Assembly: GCA_965227775.1 (NCBI GenBank)
Contig: OZ245777.1
Coordinates: 2,035,992-2,099,991 of the forward strand
DNA length: 64,000 nucleotides
Source of the DNA: Phycisphaerales bacterium
Lineage (GTDB): Bacteria; Planctomycetota; Phycisphaerae; Phycisphaerales; UBA1924
Reading direction: 5' to 3'
Part shown: positions 35,616-43,784 of the stretch, piece after piece
Position numbering within the stretch: position 1 is the first letter of the stretch
How the letters are laid out: each line of letters opens with the position of its first letter
Program-made: the position numbers and the translations under genes
The notes under the pieces: model-generated
Seen by the model: the letters and a program-made list of their open reading frames with translations, nothing else
Told to the model about the DNA's origin: nothing
Databases searched by the model: none

Positions 35616-36113
35616 ATGGCTCGCACGCATCGAGGATCCATATCCGGAGTGTTTGAGGATGACAGAGGACATCCCGCTGGCCTTATTGATTGGTCCGCGG
35701 CCGCAAGATATGGAGTTGTTTCCTCGTGGCGAGAGAGATTCGTCGCAATCGCATTCCTCTCTGGGATTCTCGGCTATCTTCCGTTCATTGTCGTTACGTT
35801 CACCAATCCCGCAGGTAAGCTTCATCCAACAGTGAAAGCCAGCATGGTGGTTGGGACCTTGTGCTTCATCGCGAGTGCTCCCATTCTGGTGCGGTGGCGT
35901 CATGAACTGCGCAGTGGATCACAGAAGCAGGCGCGAAAGCAAGCGCGAAGGCAGGATCGACAAGTCGTTCATGGCATGCTCGCTCAAGGTCGATGCCCGT
36001 CGTGTACCTACACCTTGAACGGCCTCGCCTCCGAACCAGACAACTGCATCCAATGCCCCGAGTGCGGCGCCGCGTGGAAGGCCGAACGTGTGGGCAAGCG
36101 AGCACGGTCGTAG
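35616..36113 (+). CDS. Hypothetical membrane protein with C-terminal zinc-ribbon
   Basis: Two predicted TM helices. CPSCTYTLNGLASEPDNCIQCPECGAAW is a CxxC...CxxC ribbon. Lies in a locally low-GC patch. Competes with overlapping ORF 35611..35835, which I judge less protein-like. Confidence 0.55.
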   Translation: MARTHRGSISGVFEDDRGHPAGLIDWSAAARYGVVSSWRERFVAIAFLSGILGYLPFIVVTFTNPAGKLHPTVKASMVVGTLCFIASAPILVRWRHELRSGSQKQARKQARRQDRQVVHGMLAQGRCPSCTYTLNGLASEPDNCIQCPECGAAWKAERVGKRARS

Positions 36114-36121
36114 ACTACGCC

Positions 36122-36478
36122 ATGTCCACCCACACCCTCCACACCCTCGCCGATCTGCCAATCGACCAGCCCATGCCGCGCATCGACCGCCAGCGGATCA
36201 TCGGCCAGCGGATGATGATCAGCGCCATCACGCTGCACGCTGGCTTCGAGGTCGCCAGCCACAGCCACGAGAATGAGCAGATGGTGGTCATGCTCGAGGG
36301 AAGCGCCGAATTCACGATCGGTGAGGGGAAATCCGCCGAGGCGGTTGTAGTCGAGGCCGGGCAGGTGCTGGTGTTGCCGCCGCACCTGCCGCACGGCTGC
36401 AAGGTGGCCGAGGGCTGCCGGTTGCTGGACTTGTTCAGCCCGGTGAGCGAGAAGACGGGCGTGGACGCCCACGACTAG
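36122..36478 (+). CDS. Cupin-domain protein
   Basis: ATG at 36122 inside listed ORF 35993..36478. Cupin motifs HSHENEQMVVMLEG and VLVLPPHLPHG. Confidence 0.75.
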   Translation: MSTHTLHTLADLPIDQPMPRIDRQRIIGQRMMISAITLHAGFEVASHSHENEQMVVMLEGSAEFTIGEGKSAEAVVVEAGQVLVLPPHLPHGCKVAEGCRLLDLFSPVSEKTGVDAHD

Positions 36479-36536
36479 TCCGCTGCGGAATCGCGGTGGC
36501 ACGGGTAGGGGCGCTCGCGCATCCCTATCCTGAGAT

Positions 36537-39389
36537 ATGACCACGCTCGCTCATCGCGTCATCCGCCCGTGCGCCGTTTTGCTTTCGTTCGCGGCGGCCG
36601 CTTCCGTTTCGGCCCAACAGATCGACCGCGACCAGTTGCTGCCCGAAGACCCTCGTCTCGTCCGCGGCACGCTCGAGAATGGGCTTGAGTACTTCATCGT
36701 GCCCAACGCCGAGCCGCCCGAGCGCGTCGAGCTCTGGCTGCACGTGCACTCGGGCTCGCTGAACGAAGAGGACGACCAGCGCGGCCTAGCCCACTTCCTT
36801 GAGCACCTGGCCTTTGCGGGCAGCACCAACTTCCCGCCCGGCACGGTGCGCCCCTTCTTCGAGAATCTGGGCCTTTCCTTCGGTCGCCACCAGAACGCCG
36901 TGACGGGCTTCGACCGCACGGGCTACACGATCAGCCTGCCAAACGCCGAGCCCGAGTCGATCGATGCCGGCTTGCTGTTCCTCAGCGACGTGGCGAACAA
37001 CCTGCTGCTGCCCGAGAGCGGCATCGAGCAGGAGCGCAAGATCATCCTCGAAGAACGCCGCGCGAGCCTCTCGCCGCAGCAGCGCGTGCTCTACGACCTC
37101 ATCGAGCGCATCGCGCCCGAGAGCGGGTTCGGCCAGCGCATCCCGATCGGCACCGAAGAGGTGCTGACGACCGCCGGCCTCGAGCCCATCAAGCGGTACT
37201 ACGACACCTGGTACGTGCCCAGCAACATGACGCTTCTCCTCGTCGGGGACATCATGCCGCAAGACGTAACCGGGAGGATCGAGGCCTTGTTTGGGCAGGG
37301 CGAGTTCGTTCCTCGCCCCGAACCACGCGATGCCGGAATCGTGGCCACGCGGGGTCGCAGCGCGATCATCGCCAGCGACCCCGAGGAAACCCGCGAAGAG
37401 GTCGCGATCAACTTTATCGACGTTCCTGGCGGCCCCACGACCACGCTTGGTCAGTACCGCGATGATCTCGTGCGATCGCTCGCAACCGCCATGATGAACG
37501 ACCGCCTGGGCGAGGGCGTGCAGGACGGCGAACTCAGCATGCTCGGCGGCAGCGTCAGCACGGGCGACTTTGCCGGCGCCATCCAGTGGACGCAGGCAAC
37601 CGGTCGCAGCGAGAACGGCCGGTGGAAGGAAGTCCTCCGAGAGATGGGCCGTGAGGTCCGCCGTGCGACCATCCATGGGTTTACCGAGCCCGAGCTGGAG
37701 GACGCCAAGCGTCGGCTGCTGTCCAGCGCCGAGCGAGCCGTTGAAGGCGAGGCAACGAGGCCCAGCCGCATCCTGCGAGGCGCCGTCGTCGACTCGATCG
37801 CGAGCGGCGAGCCCTTCATGAGCGTCGCACAGCAGCTGGAGTTGCTGCGCGAGCTGCTGCCCGGCGTCACGCTCCAGGAGACCAACGCCGAATTCCGCGA
37901 GGTCTTCGCGTTCGAGGACGCGGTGTTCACGCTCCAGACGCGCGAGGACGAGAACACGCCCACCGAGTCCGAGCTGCTGGCCGCCGGCGAAGCGGCACTG
38001 AGCGCCGAGCCCGACGCCTATCGGGCACAGGCTCGCGCCGAGAGGCTTTTGGATCAGACGCCCACCCCCGGCGGAATCGCCGAGAAGGCGGTTCACCAGG
38101 ACTCCGGCGTCACGAGCCTGTGGCTCGACAACGGCGTACGCGTGCACATCAAGCGAATGACCGAGCGCCAGGGCGAGGTGCTTGGCTCCATCCACGTCTT
38201 CGGCGGGCTCGTGCACGAGACCGAGGACACGCGGGGCCTGACCGATGCCGCGACCACCGCGCTCGCGCGCGCTGCGGGTGGCGGGCTCAGTTCGACACAG
38301 ATCGATGACCTGACGACCGGTTGGAAGGCTCGTGTCCGTGGCGGTTCGGATGCGGACAGCATCTTCGTGAACTTCAGCACGACCCCCGGCGAGATCGAGA
38401 ACGCCCTTACGCTCGCGCACCTGCTGCTGACCGACCCGATGGTTGAGGATGCGGCCATCGAGCAGTGGCGCCGCGGTCAGCTGCGCACGCTCCAGATGCT
38501 CGACACCATGCCACAGGGCGCGGCGCTCAAGGCCGTCATCGAGGCGATGTACCCGGCGGACGACTCGCGCCCCAGCTTGACGCCCAGACACCGCATCGAG
38601 GCAATCGATACGCAGACCTCGCAGGCGTGGCTCGACGAACAGCTGACGGGGCCGATGGAGGTTGCGATCGTCGGCGACCTTGACGTCGACGCGACCATCG
38701 AACTCGTCCGAACGTACCTCGGCTCGCTGGAGTCGCGGCCGCGCGTATCGGATCGCACCAACTGGGAGGTGCGGCAGATGGAACGGCCCCAGGGCCCCAT
38801 CGAGCTGGTCAAGCGCCCGGCGGTCTCGACCCCGCAGGCCTATGTCGTCGCCGGCTACTACGGGGCCGATCAGTGGGACACGCGCGACGTGCGGGCTCTG
38901 CGGTTGGCCGCCCGCGTGCTCAACAGCCGGATGATCGATCGCATCCGCGAAGAGCTCGGCTATGCGTATAGCCCCAGCGTCTCGCACCGGACTGCTCGGA
39001 CCTGGCCGGGCTTTGGCCTGCTCAGTGTCCAGACTACCACGGACCCCGCGACCGCCGACCAGCTCGCCAACGAGGTCCGCTCGATGTTCGAGGCGTTCGC
39101 AACCGACGGTCCGACCGACGAGGAGTTGGCGATCGCGGTCGAGCAACTCCGCAACGTCCACGACGAGACGGTGCGCAACCCGGCCGCCTGGCTCCGTGAG
39201 CTGCGGACGCTCGACTATCTCGGCGGCTCGCTCGACGAGATGGCGAAGGAGCGCGACGCCCTGGGTAGCTTTACGCCCACCGAGCTGCGTGACGTGTTCG
39301 CAAAGTACGCCGTGGAGGACGGCCGCATGCGGATCATCGTGCGGCCAGCCGAGGCTCCAGATTCATCCGATGGTGATGGCGGCGGCTGA
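36537..39389 (+). CDS. M16-family (pitrilysin/insulinase-like) zinc peptidase, double-length, secreted
   Basis: Signal peptide. Inverted zinc motif HFLEHLAF (HxxEH). 950 aa, consistent with two M16 active/inactive domain pairs. Confidence 0.88.
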   Translation: MTTLAHRVIRPCAVLLSFAAAASVSAQQIDRDQLLPEDPRLVRGTLENGLEYFIVPNAEPPERVELWLHVHSGSLNEEDDQRGLAHFLEHLAFAGSTNFPPGTVRPFFENLGLSFGRHQNAVTGFDRTGYTISLPNAEPESIDAGLLFLSDVANNLLLPESGIEQERKIILEERRASLSPQQRVLYDLIERIAPESGFGQRIPIGTEEVLTTAGLEPIKRYYDTWYVPSNMTLLLVGDIMPQDVTGRIEALFGQGEFVPRPEPRDAGIVATRGRSAIIASDPEETREEVAINFIDVPGGPTTTLGQYRDDLVRSLATAMMNDRLGEGVQDGELSMLGGSVSTGDFAGAIQWTQATGRSENGRWKEVLREMGREVRRATIHGFTEPELEDAKRRLLSSAERAVEGEATRPSRILRGAVVDSIASGEPFMSVAQQLELLRELLPGVTLQETNAEFREVFAFEDAVFTLQTREDENTPTESELLAAGEAALSAEPDAYRAQARAERLLDQTPTPGGIAEKAVHQDSGVTSLWLDNGVRVHIKRMTERQGEVLGSIHVFGGLVHETEDTRGLTDAATTALARAAGGGLSSTQIDDLTTGWKARVRGGSDADSIFVNFSTTPGEIENALTLAHLLLTDPMVEDAAIEQWRRGQLRTLQMLDTMPQGAALKAVIEAMYPADDSRPSLTPRHRIEAIDTQTSQAWLDEQLTGPMEVAIVGDLDVDATIELVRTYLGSLESRPRVSDRTNWEVRQMERPQGPIELVKRPAVSTPQAYVVAGYYGADQWDTRDVRALRLAARVLNSRMIDRIREELGYAYSPSVSHRTARTWPGFGLLSVQTTTDPATADQLANEVRSMFEAFATDGPTDEELAIAVEQLRNVHDETVRNPAAWLRELRTLDYLGGSLDEMAKERDALGSFTPTELRDVFAKYAVEDGRMRIIVRPAEAPDSSDGDGGG

Positions 39390-39422
39390 CAGAGGGCGCT
39401 CTCGGGTGTACCTCAAACGCAA

Positions 39423-39482
39423 GCGGGCCCGCTTCACGCGGGCCCGCCGGCAGACGGTCACCCTCGGGCGTCGACGCCCGAG
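39423..39482. terminator. Two strong GC hairpins after the M16 peptidase gene
   Basis: GCGGGCCCGC-TTCAC-GCGGGCCCGC (39423-39447; 10-bp stem). CTCGGGCG-TCGA-CGCCCGAG (39463-39482; 8-bp stem). No clear U-tract, so a role as an intrinsic terminator is uncertain. Confidence 0.4.
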
Positions 39483-39595
39483 CAAGAGAGGGAGAACTGG
39501 TCACTCGTCTGGCGATCGTACGAGCGAGCCAAGCGATCCATCAACCGATTTCTAGAAATCTCGTTGCCGTCCAGGGCCAGCCTCAACCGCAGCCG

Positions 39596-39676
39596 AGAGG
39601 GAGAAGGGACTGCCGCCGCCCACCGGTCCGCTCGTGGAGAGACGCGACCGGTGGGCGAGCGAACAGTTCTCCCTCT
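39596..39676. other. 81-nt two-tier hairpin (candidate structured RNA or MITE-like element) in a convergent intergenic region
   Basis: The outer stem AGAGGGAGAA (39596-39605) pairs with TTCTCCCTCT (39667-39676). The inner 12-bp stem 39617-39628 pairs with 39646-39657 (core CCCACCGGTC/GACCGGTGGG). A third copy, AGAGGGAGAACTG at 39487-39499, is complementary to 39664-39676. Confidence 0.35.
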
Positions 39677-39819
39677 ATTGAGAACATAGCCCCGAATAGC
39701 GCAAGAAGTGCGCATAAGTACGTACGAAGATTGTGTTCAAAATAAGTAGAAGCCCGCGCCGTCGCCCATCCGTTGCGTCGCGGACCGGCGGCCCCACGCT
39801 CCCGAGATCCTCGTCGCGA

Positions 39820-39987
39820 CTACGGACACCCAGCGTCGAACTCGTTCTGGAACGCAAGGAAGTCGAAGAGCGTGAGGCTGCCGTCGCCGTCGAAGTCGGC
39901 GCGCGGGTCGCCGGTGTCGAACAGGTTCTGGAATGCCAGGAAGTCGAAGATGGTCAGGGCGCCATCACCGTCCAGGTCGGCCCGGCA
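39820..39987 (-). repeat. Dockerin-like C-terminal module, copy H (double)
   Basis: CRADLDGDGALTIFDFLAFQNLFDTGDPRADFDGDGSLTLFDFLAFQNEFDAGCP followed by the stop. Confidence 0.9.
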
Positions 39988-40728
39988 CGGCGAGATGATG
40001 GCCACGTCGAACACCCGCACGTCGTCGATCGTGCCGAGGAACTCATCGTTGGGCCCGGCTGTTGGGCTGCCGGTAAACCTGCCGCGACCTCCGATCGAGA
40101 GCTCGAAGTCATTCTGCGCCGTCGAGCCGAACCCGGCGGGAATGGGCTCGATGGCCTCGACGATGCCATCGACTGCGAGGAGGAGGAAGTCGCCCGAGCG
40201 TGCGGCCACGATCTCGTGGGGCTGCCCGTCGTTGACGGGTGTCACGCTGGCCAGGCCGACGCTCAGGGCGCCGTCGGCGGAGATGGCGAATATCACGGCG
40301 CCGTCGTCGCGCCGGACGGTCATGGCCCAGCCGTCTTCGCTTCCGAGTTTCTCCTTGTTGATGACAAATCGACCGCCGGGGGCGCCCGGCTCGCTGTTGT
40401 CGGTCACCACGACCGCCGCGACGGAGAAGTCGCCATCGGCCAAGTCGAACGCGTCCTCGTCGCCCAGGGGGCGGACCTGTTCGTCCGAGACACCGTCGAA
40501 GTTGACCGCGAAGCCGCCCATGAAGGGCGTGAAGGCGATGCCCGCGCCCAGGACGCCGTCATACGCCGTACCCAGCGTGCCGCTATTGGCCGTCGGGTTC
40601 GAGGCGTCGTCGAAGTCGTAGTGCAGGATGGGCTCGGGCGTCTGGGCGCTCGCGGCCGAGGCGAGTGCGAAGGCGGAGCATGCAAGTGCGGCGACGGCAT
40701 TCAGTTGGGCGGAGCGGGTGATGGACAT
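39820..40728 (-). CDS. Secreted LamG/concanavalin-A-like lectin-fold protein with C-terminal double dockerin-like module
   Basis: Signal peptide MSITRSAQLNAVAALACSAFALASAASAQ. LHYDFDD...NSGTLG...NFDGVSD...FSVAAVV...GTIDDVRVF is typical of the Laminin_G_3-type fold. Shared C-terminal module. Confidence 0.8.
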   Translation of the reverse strand: MSITRSAQLNAVAALACSAFALASAASAQTPEPILHYDFDDASNPTANSGTLGTAYDGVLGAGIAFTPFMGGFAVNFDGVSDEQVRPLGDEDAFDLADGDFSVAAVVVTDNSEPGAPGGRFVINKEKLGSEDGWAMTVRRDDGAVIFAISADGALSVGLASVTPVNDGQPHEIVAARSGDFLLLAVDGIVEAIEPIPAGFGSTAQNDFELSIGGRGRFTGSPTAGPNDEFLGTIDDVRVFDVAIISPCRADLDGDGALTIFDFLAFQNLFDTGDPRADFDGDGSLTLFDFLAFQNEFDAGCP

Positions 40729-40831
40729 CTTGGATCTCCTCTCAGCGACAGCATACCGGAACTCACCCTGCCACGCAAGCGCAAACCGGCCGGTTGGCCC
40801 GGTATCACTCCTAAGCCCTGCGTCTCGCGTG

Positions 40832-40920
40832 CTACGGGCAGCCGGCGGCCAACTCGTTCTCGAACGCGAGAACGTCGAAGATGGTCAGCCTTCCGTCGCG
40901 CCATCGAAGCCGGCCCGAAG
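40832..40920 (-). pseudogene. Decayed, frameshifted remnant of a dockerin-like module
   Basis: The tail of listed 60-aa ORF 40832..41014 reads RWRDGRLTIFDVLAFENELAAGCP followed by the stop. What is left of the Ca-loop (FDGATEG) is in another frame. 21 nt (gcgtgctacgggcagccggcg) are identical to the 3' end plus flank of gene 23606..25537. Confidence 0.55.
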
Positions 40921-41084
40921 TCCTTACTTGGCAGTCGGATACGGATCGAGCAAACAGGCCGAGATCGTTGGTCCGGGGCCCGCAAGAGCTGAACGTGTCT
41001 TTGGACTCCAGCAACTGAACCCGCTTCGTCCACGCGCGAAGGCAGCCTGAGATTCCGATTGACGAGTCTCTCGGCTACGAGCGG

Positions 41085-41426
41085 CTACGCGGCGACGTCT
41101 CGGCGGAGTCGCGCCAACTCGCTCGCGATCTCGCCGGTCGTGGGGAGAGGCAGAAGCTTCAATCCGACGGCGTGACCCAGCTCGGGCTTGTAGCTCACGC
41201 GGACCGTCTCGGCGAGAAACCACTTCGAATCGGGCTCGAAGTTGACCTCGACTATGAGCTGACGCCCCTCGTGGATCATGCTCTCGACAAACGCCCCCAT
41301 GCCAGACTGGCTGATGTCCGACACAACGCCGGGCACAGAGCGAGACACGTGGCCCGTCTCGTCCAGTTCGTGTACGGTGGCTTCAAACTTCACTTCGAAC
41401 CGCTCGCGAGCTCGCTGTTCCTGCAT
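41085..41426 (-). CDS. PilZ-domain (c-di-GMP-binding) protein
   Basis: 113 aa. RxxxR (RARER) near the N-terminus and DISQSGMG (DxSxxG), the canonical PilZ signature pair. Confidence 0.75.
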   Translation of the reverse strand: MQEQRARERFEVKFEATVHELDETGHVSRSVPGVVSDISQSGMGAFVESMIHEGRQLIVEVNFEPDSKWFLAETVRVSYKPELGHAVGLKLLPLPTTGEIASELARLRRDVAA

Positions 41427-41559
41427 CTACCACGTTAGTTCGAGATTCTGCGCTGGCCGTCGAAGTTCCAGTAGATGTTTTCCGCCTCCCCGATCTAGGG
41501 GGGATTGCTCGTTTGCGCGGCATGGACTGGATTGTCGGCAAGCACCCCGGTGTTTGTAG

Positions 41560-42498
41560 CTAGACGACGATGGGGTTGGGTGGTTCGTCGAACAGGCCTT
41601 GGCTCGCGCCCTCGTCGTAGAGCTTGGCGAGCGCTGCGCGGCCGGTCGCGCCCATGCTCGCCGTCAGCTCGCTGACGTACATCGAGAGGTAGCGGTCGAG
41701 GAGATCGTCGTCGTGCCACTCGGGACGCGTTTCGGCGTGGAGCTTCAGGTACGCTCGCGTGTCTTCGGGGTTGGCGCGGGCGTGGGCAACGCTCTGGCTG
41801 AGCAATCGGCTGACCTCGGCGATGGTGCCCGCGCCGTGCTCGGCGTCGAGCGCGGTGCGGACGACGTTGAGGCCGAGCGGCAGGGGGTGGCCGGTCTTGT
41901 CGATCCACCATGCGCCGAGATCGAGCAGCTTCTTGAGGCCCATGCGCTCGAAGGTCAGCTGCGCCTCGTGGATGAGCACGCCCGCGCCGACGCTTCCATC
42001 GAGCACGGCAGGCGCGATCTGCTGGAAGGGCATCTCAACGAGCTCGATGTCTTGGCGGGCATTACCGAGGACCATCTTGAGCACAAGCGCTGCGGTCGTG
42101 CGGGCGCCGGGGATGGCGATGGTCGGCTTCTGCGCGCGGACGCAGCCGTCGCAGTGCAGGGTCGAGTCTTCACGGGCAACGAGCTTGGGCCCGTATCCCT
42201 CGCCAAAGCTCGCGCCGCAGTCGGTGATGGCGTACAGGTCCGAGAGTGACGGCCACGCCGCAGCGCTGATGGCGGTGATGTCCAGCGGCTCGCTTCGTGC
42301 CGTCGCGTTCAGGCGTTCAACGTCTTCAGGCTTGGGCTCGAAGGCGAACCGCCCAGCATCGATGGCGGGGGGGCGAACCTGCTGACCTACGGGGTCGATA
42401 AAGCCGGTCAGCGGCCACCACATGGCCATGTCGTCGGCATCAGGCGAATGGGCGAGCGTGAGGGAAACCTGCTTGGTTCCAGTGGGCGGCTGGGTCAT
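41560..42498 (-). CDS. MqnA/MqnD/SBP-family (futalosine-pathway menaquinone biosynthesis-type) protein
   Basis: ORF trimmed to the ATG at 42498 (MTQPPTG). N-terminal LTLAHSPDADDMAMWWPL resembles the SPxxxD motif of the VitK2_biosynth (MqnA/MqnD) periplasmic-binding-like fold. Exact enzyme not assignable. Confidence 0.6.
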   Translation of the reverse strand: MTQPPTGTKQVSLTLAHSPDADDMAMWWPLTGFIDPVGQQVRPPAIDAGRFAFEPKPEDVERLNATARSEPLDITAISAAAWPSLSDLYAITDCGASFGEGYGPKLVAREDSTLHCDGCVRAQKPTIAIPGARTTAALVLKMVLGNARQDIELVEMPFQQIAPAVLDGSVGAGVLIHEAQLTFERMGLKKLLDLGAWWIDKTGHPLPLGLNVVRTALDAEHGAGTIAEVSRLLSQSVAHARANPEDTRAYLKLHAETRPEWHDDDLLDRYLSMYVSELTASMGATGRAALAKLYDEGASQGLFDEPPNPIVV

Positions 42499-42545
42499 GA
42501 TGAACGATAGTGCACCGGGAGTGCACGAAGACCGTACGATGGGGC

Positions 42546-43784
42546 ATGCGGCATTGGTACGGGCCCGGACCACGGAAGGGGCGGGAGGACACGCGCACGG
42601 ATGAAGCGCCGCGAGCCCGTGCGCGCCGGCTACCGCAGTGGGCATCGACGCTTGTTCGCCGTGCGAACGTGGTCGGGACCGCCATCGCGTCGCGTTTGCC
42701 GGTCGTTGAGTCTCGTGGGGCCCGTTCTGCAGTGTCGGTCGCGGTGTCCATCTGCGTGCACGCCGTCGTGCTGGGTGTTCTGGCGCTTGCCTTGCGCGGG
42801 GTAGCCCAGCACGGGGGCGGGTCGGTCATCAGCCTCGATCTGGGCGTTGACGTGGGTGAAGCCGAGCAATTCGCGCTTGCCCCCGCGCCGCGCGAGGACT
42901 CGACCGAATCCGAGTCGCCCGACGACCGGATCGAGCCAGACAAGCCAGAAACCAGCGAGGCCGAGCGCAGCGCGGCCACCGCAAGCCGACTGAGCGGCGC
43001 TCTGGAGCGAATCGCGGCGGCGCCCGTCCCACAGGCCGAGGCAGCGCCGCTCGACCGCGGCACCACGCCGGGCACGGCCGCGCCGCTGCTGGATCGCGGA
43101 ACGAGCGAGAATTCGCCGCTGGACGCCCTCCGAGAGAACGCCCAGGCTCCCGTACTCGATGGTGCAAGCTTTGCCGGTGTTTCGGCCAACCGTGCGTCGA
43201 GCGTGGTGTATGCCGTCGATGGCAGCGGGGCGATGATCACCAGCTTGCCCTTCGTGCTCGAAGAAGTACGTCGCTCGGTCTCATCACTCGCCGACGACCA
43301 GCGCTTCGCCGTCGTTCTCTTCGGGCGTCGTGCGGGCGATGAGGGGGGTGGCGTGCGTGCCTTCCCACCACAGGGGCTGCGCCGCGCGACGGCGGGCAGC
43401 AAGGCGGAGCTATTCCAATGGCTCGAGACTGTGCAGGCCCGCGGCGCAAGCAACCCGCTCGATGGGCTGCTCGCGGCGATCGACCGCGAACCCGAAGTCG
43501 TGTTCCTGTTGTCGCGGAGCATCCGCCGGACGGACGGCAGCGGCGGCGACCGCACGCGTGGCGGCGACTGGGGACCTGGCCGCGAGGCGATCCTCGCCGA
43601 ACTCGATCGTGCGAACCCGGTGCGCAAGAGCATCTTCGGCCCCGCGGCACGGCTGGTACAGGTCAAGTGCGTGCAGTTTCTCGAAGAAGATCCAACGGGC
43701 GTGATGCGCGCCATCGCGAGCGAGCATGGCGGCGGGCCGGGCTCGTACCGCTTGCTACCAGAATCGGAGCTTCGCCGGCGATGA
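42546..43784 (+). CDS. Membrane-anchored von Willebrand factor A (VWA) domain protein
   Basis: One TM helix (AVSVAVSICVHAVVLGVLALAL), an acidic/Pro-rich linker and a VWA-like core (VVYAVDGSGAM ... FAVVLFG ... VVFLLS). Start is uncertain: GTG at 42510 or ATG at 42546. Confidence 0.6.
   Translation: MRHWYGPGPRKGREDTRTDEAPRARARRLPQWASTLVRRANVVGTAIASRLPVVESRGARSAVSVAVSICVHAVVLGVLALALRGVAQHGGGSVISLDLGVDVGEAEQFALAPAPREDSTESESPDDRIEPDKPETSEAERSAATASRLSGALERIAAAPVPQAEAAPLDRGTTPGTAAPLLDRGTSENSPLDALRENAQAPVLDGASFAGVSANRASSVVYAVDGSGAMITSLPFVLEEVRRSVSSLADDQRFAVVLFGRRAGDEGGGVRAFPPQGLRRATAGSKAELFQWLETVQARGASNPLDGLLAAIDREPEVVFLLSRSIRRTDGSGGDRTRGGDWGPGREAILAELDRANPVRKSIFGPAARLVQVKCVQFLEEDPTGVMRAIASEHGGGPGSYRLLPESELRRR

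Noticed and set aside
36786-39161. 791-aa minus-strand ORF opposite the M16 peptidase
   Set aside because: The + strand product has the HxxEH zinc motif and a signal peptide. The antisense product is Arg/Gly/Ala-rich with no recognisable domain.
39390-39819. A known housekeeping RNA (RNase P, tmRNA, SRP/4.5S, 6S, tRNA) in the long convergent spacer
   Set aside because: I could not find the conserved signatures on either strand: GAGGAAAGUCC for RNase P, a T-arm GGUUCGAnUCC plus CCA end for tmRNA/tRNA, or the SRP GGAA/AGCA helix-8 motif. It remains an unclassified structured element.
18380-40920. Possibility that the recurring 80-170-bp elements form a CRISPR-like or REP-like array
   Set aside because: The copies are in-frame 3' ends of protein genes, separated by kilobases of unrelated coding sequence and present on both strands. 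There is no regular repeat-spacer structure and no cas genes.
39733-40992. 419-aa and 282-aa + strand ORFs opposite the LamG-dockerin gene
   Set aside because: They are antisense to a gene with a signal peptide, a LamG-like core and the conserved tail. Their composition is Arg/Gly/Ala-rich.
40832-41014. The 60-aa ORF as a genuine small dockerin-tail protein
   Set aside because: Only the last roughly 20 residues resemble the module. The Ca-loop is frameshifted, the N-terminal 35 residues are not protein-like, and there is no signal peptide or RBS. I treat it as a pseudogene remnant with moderate confidence.
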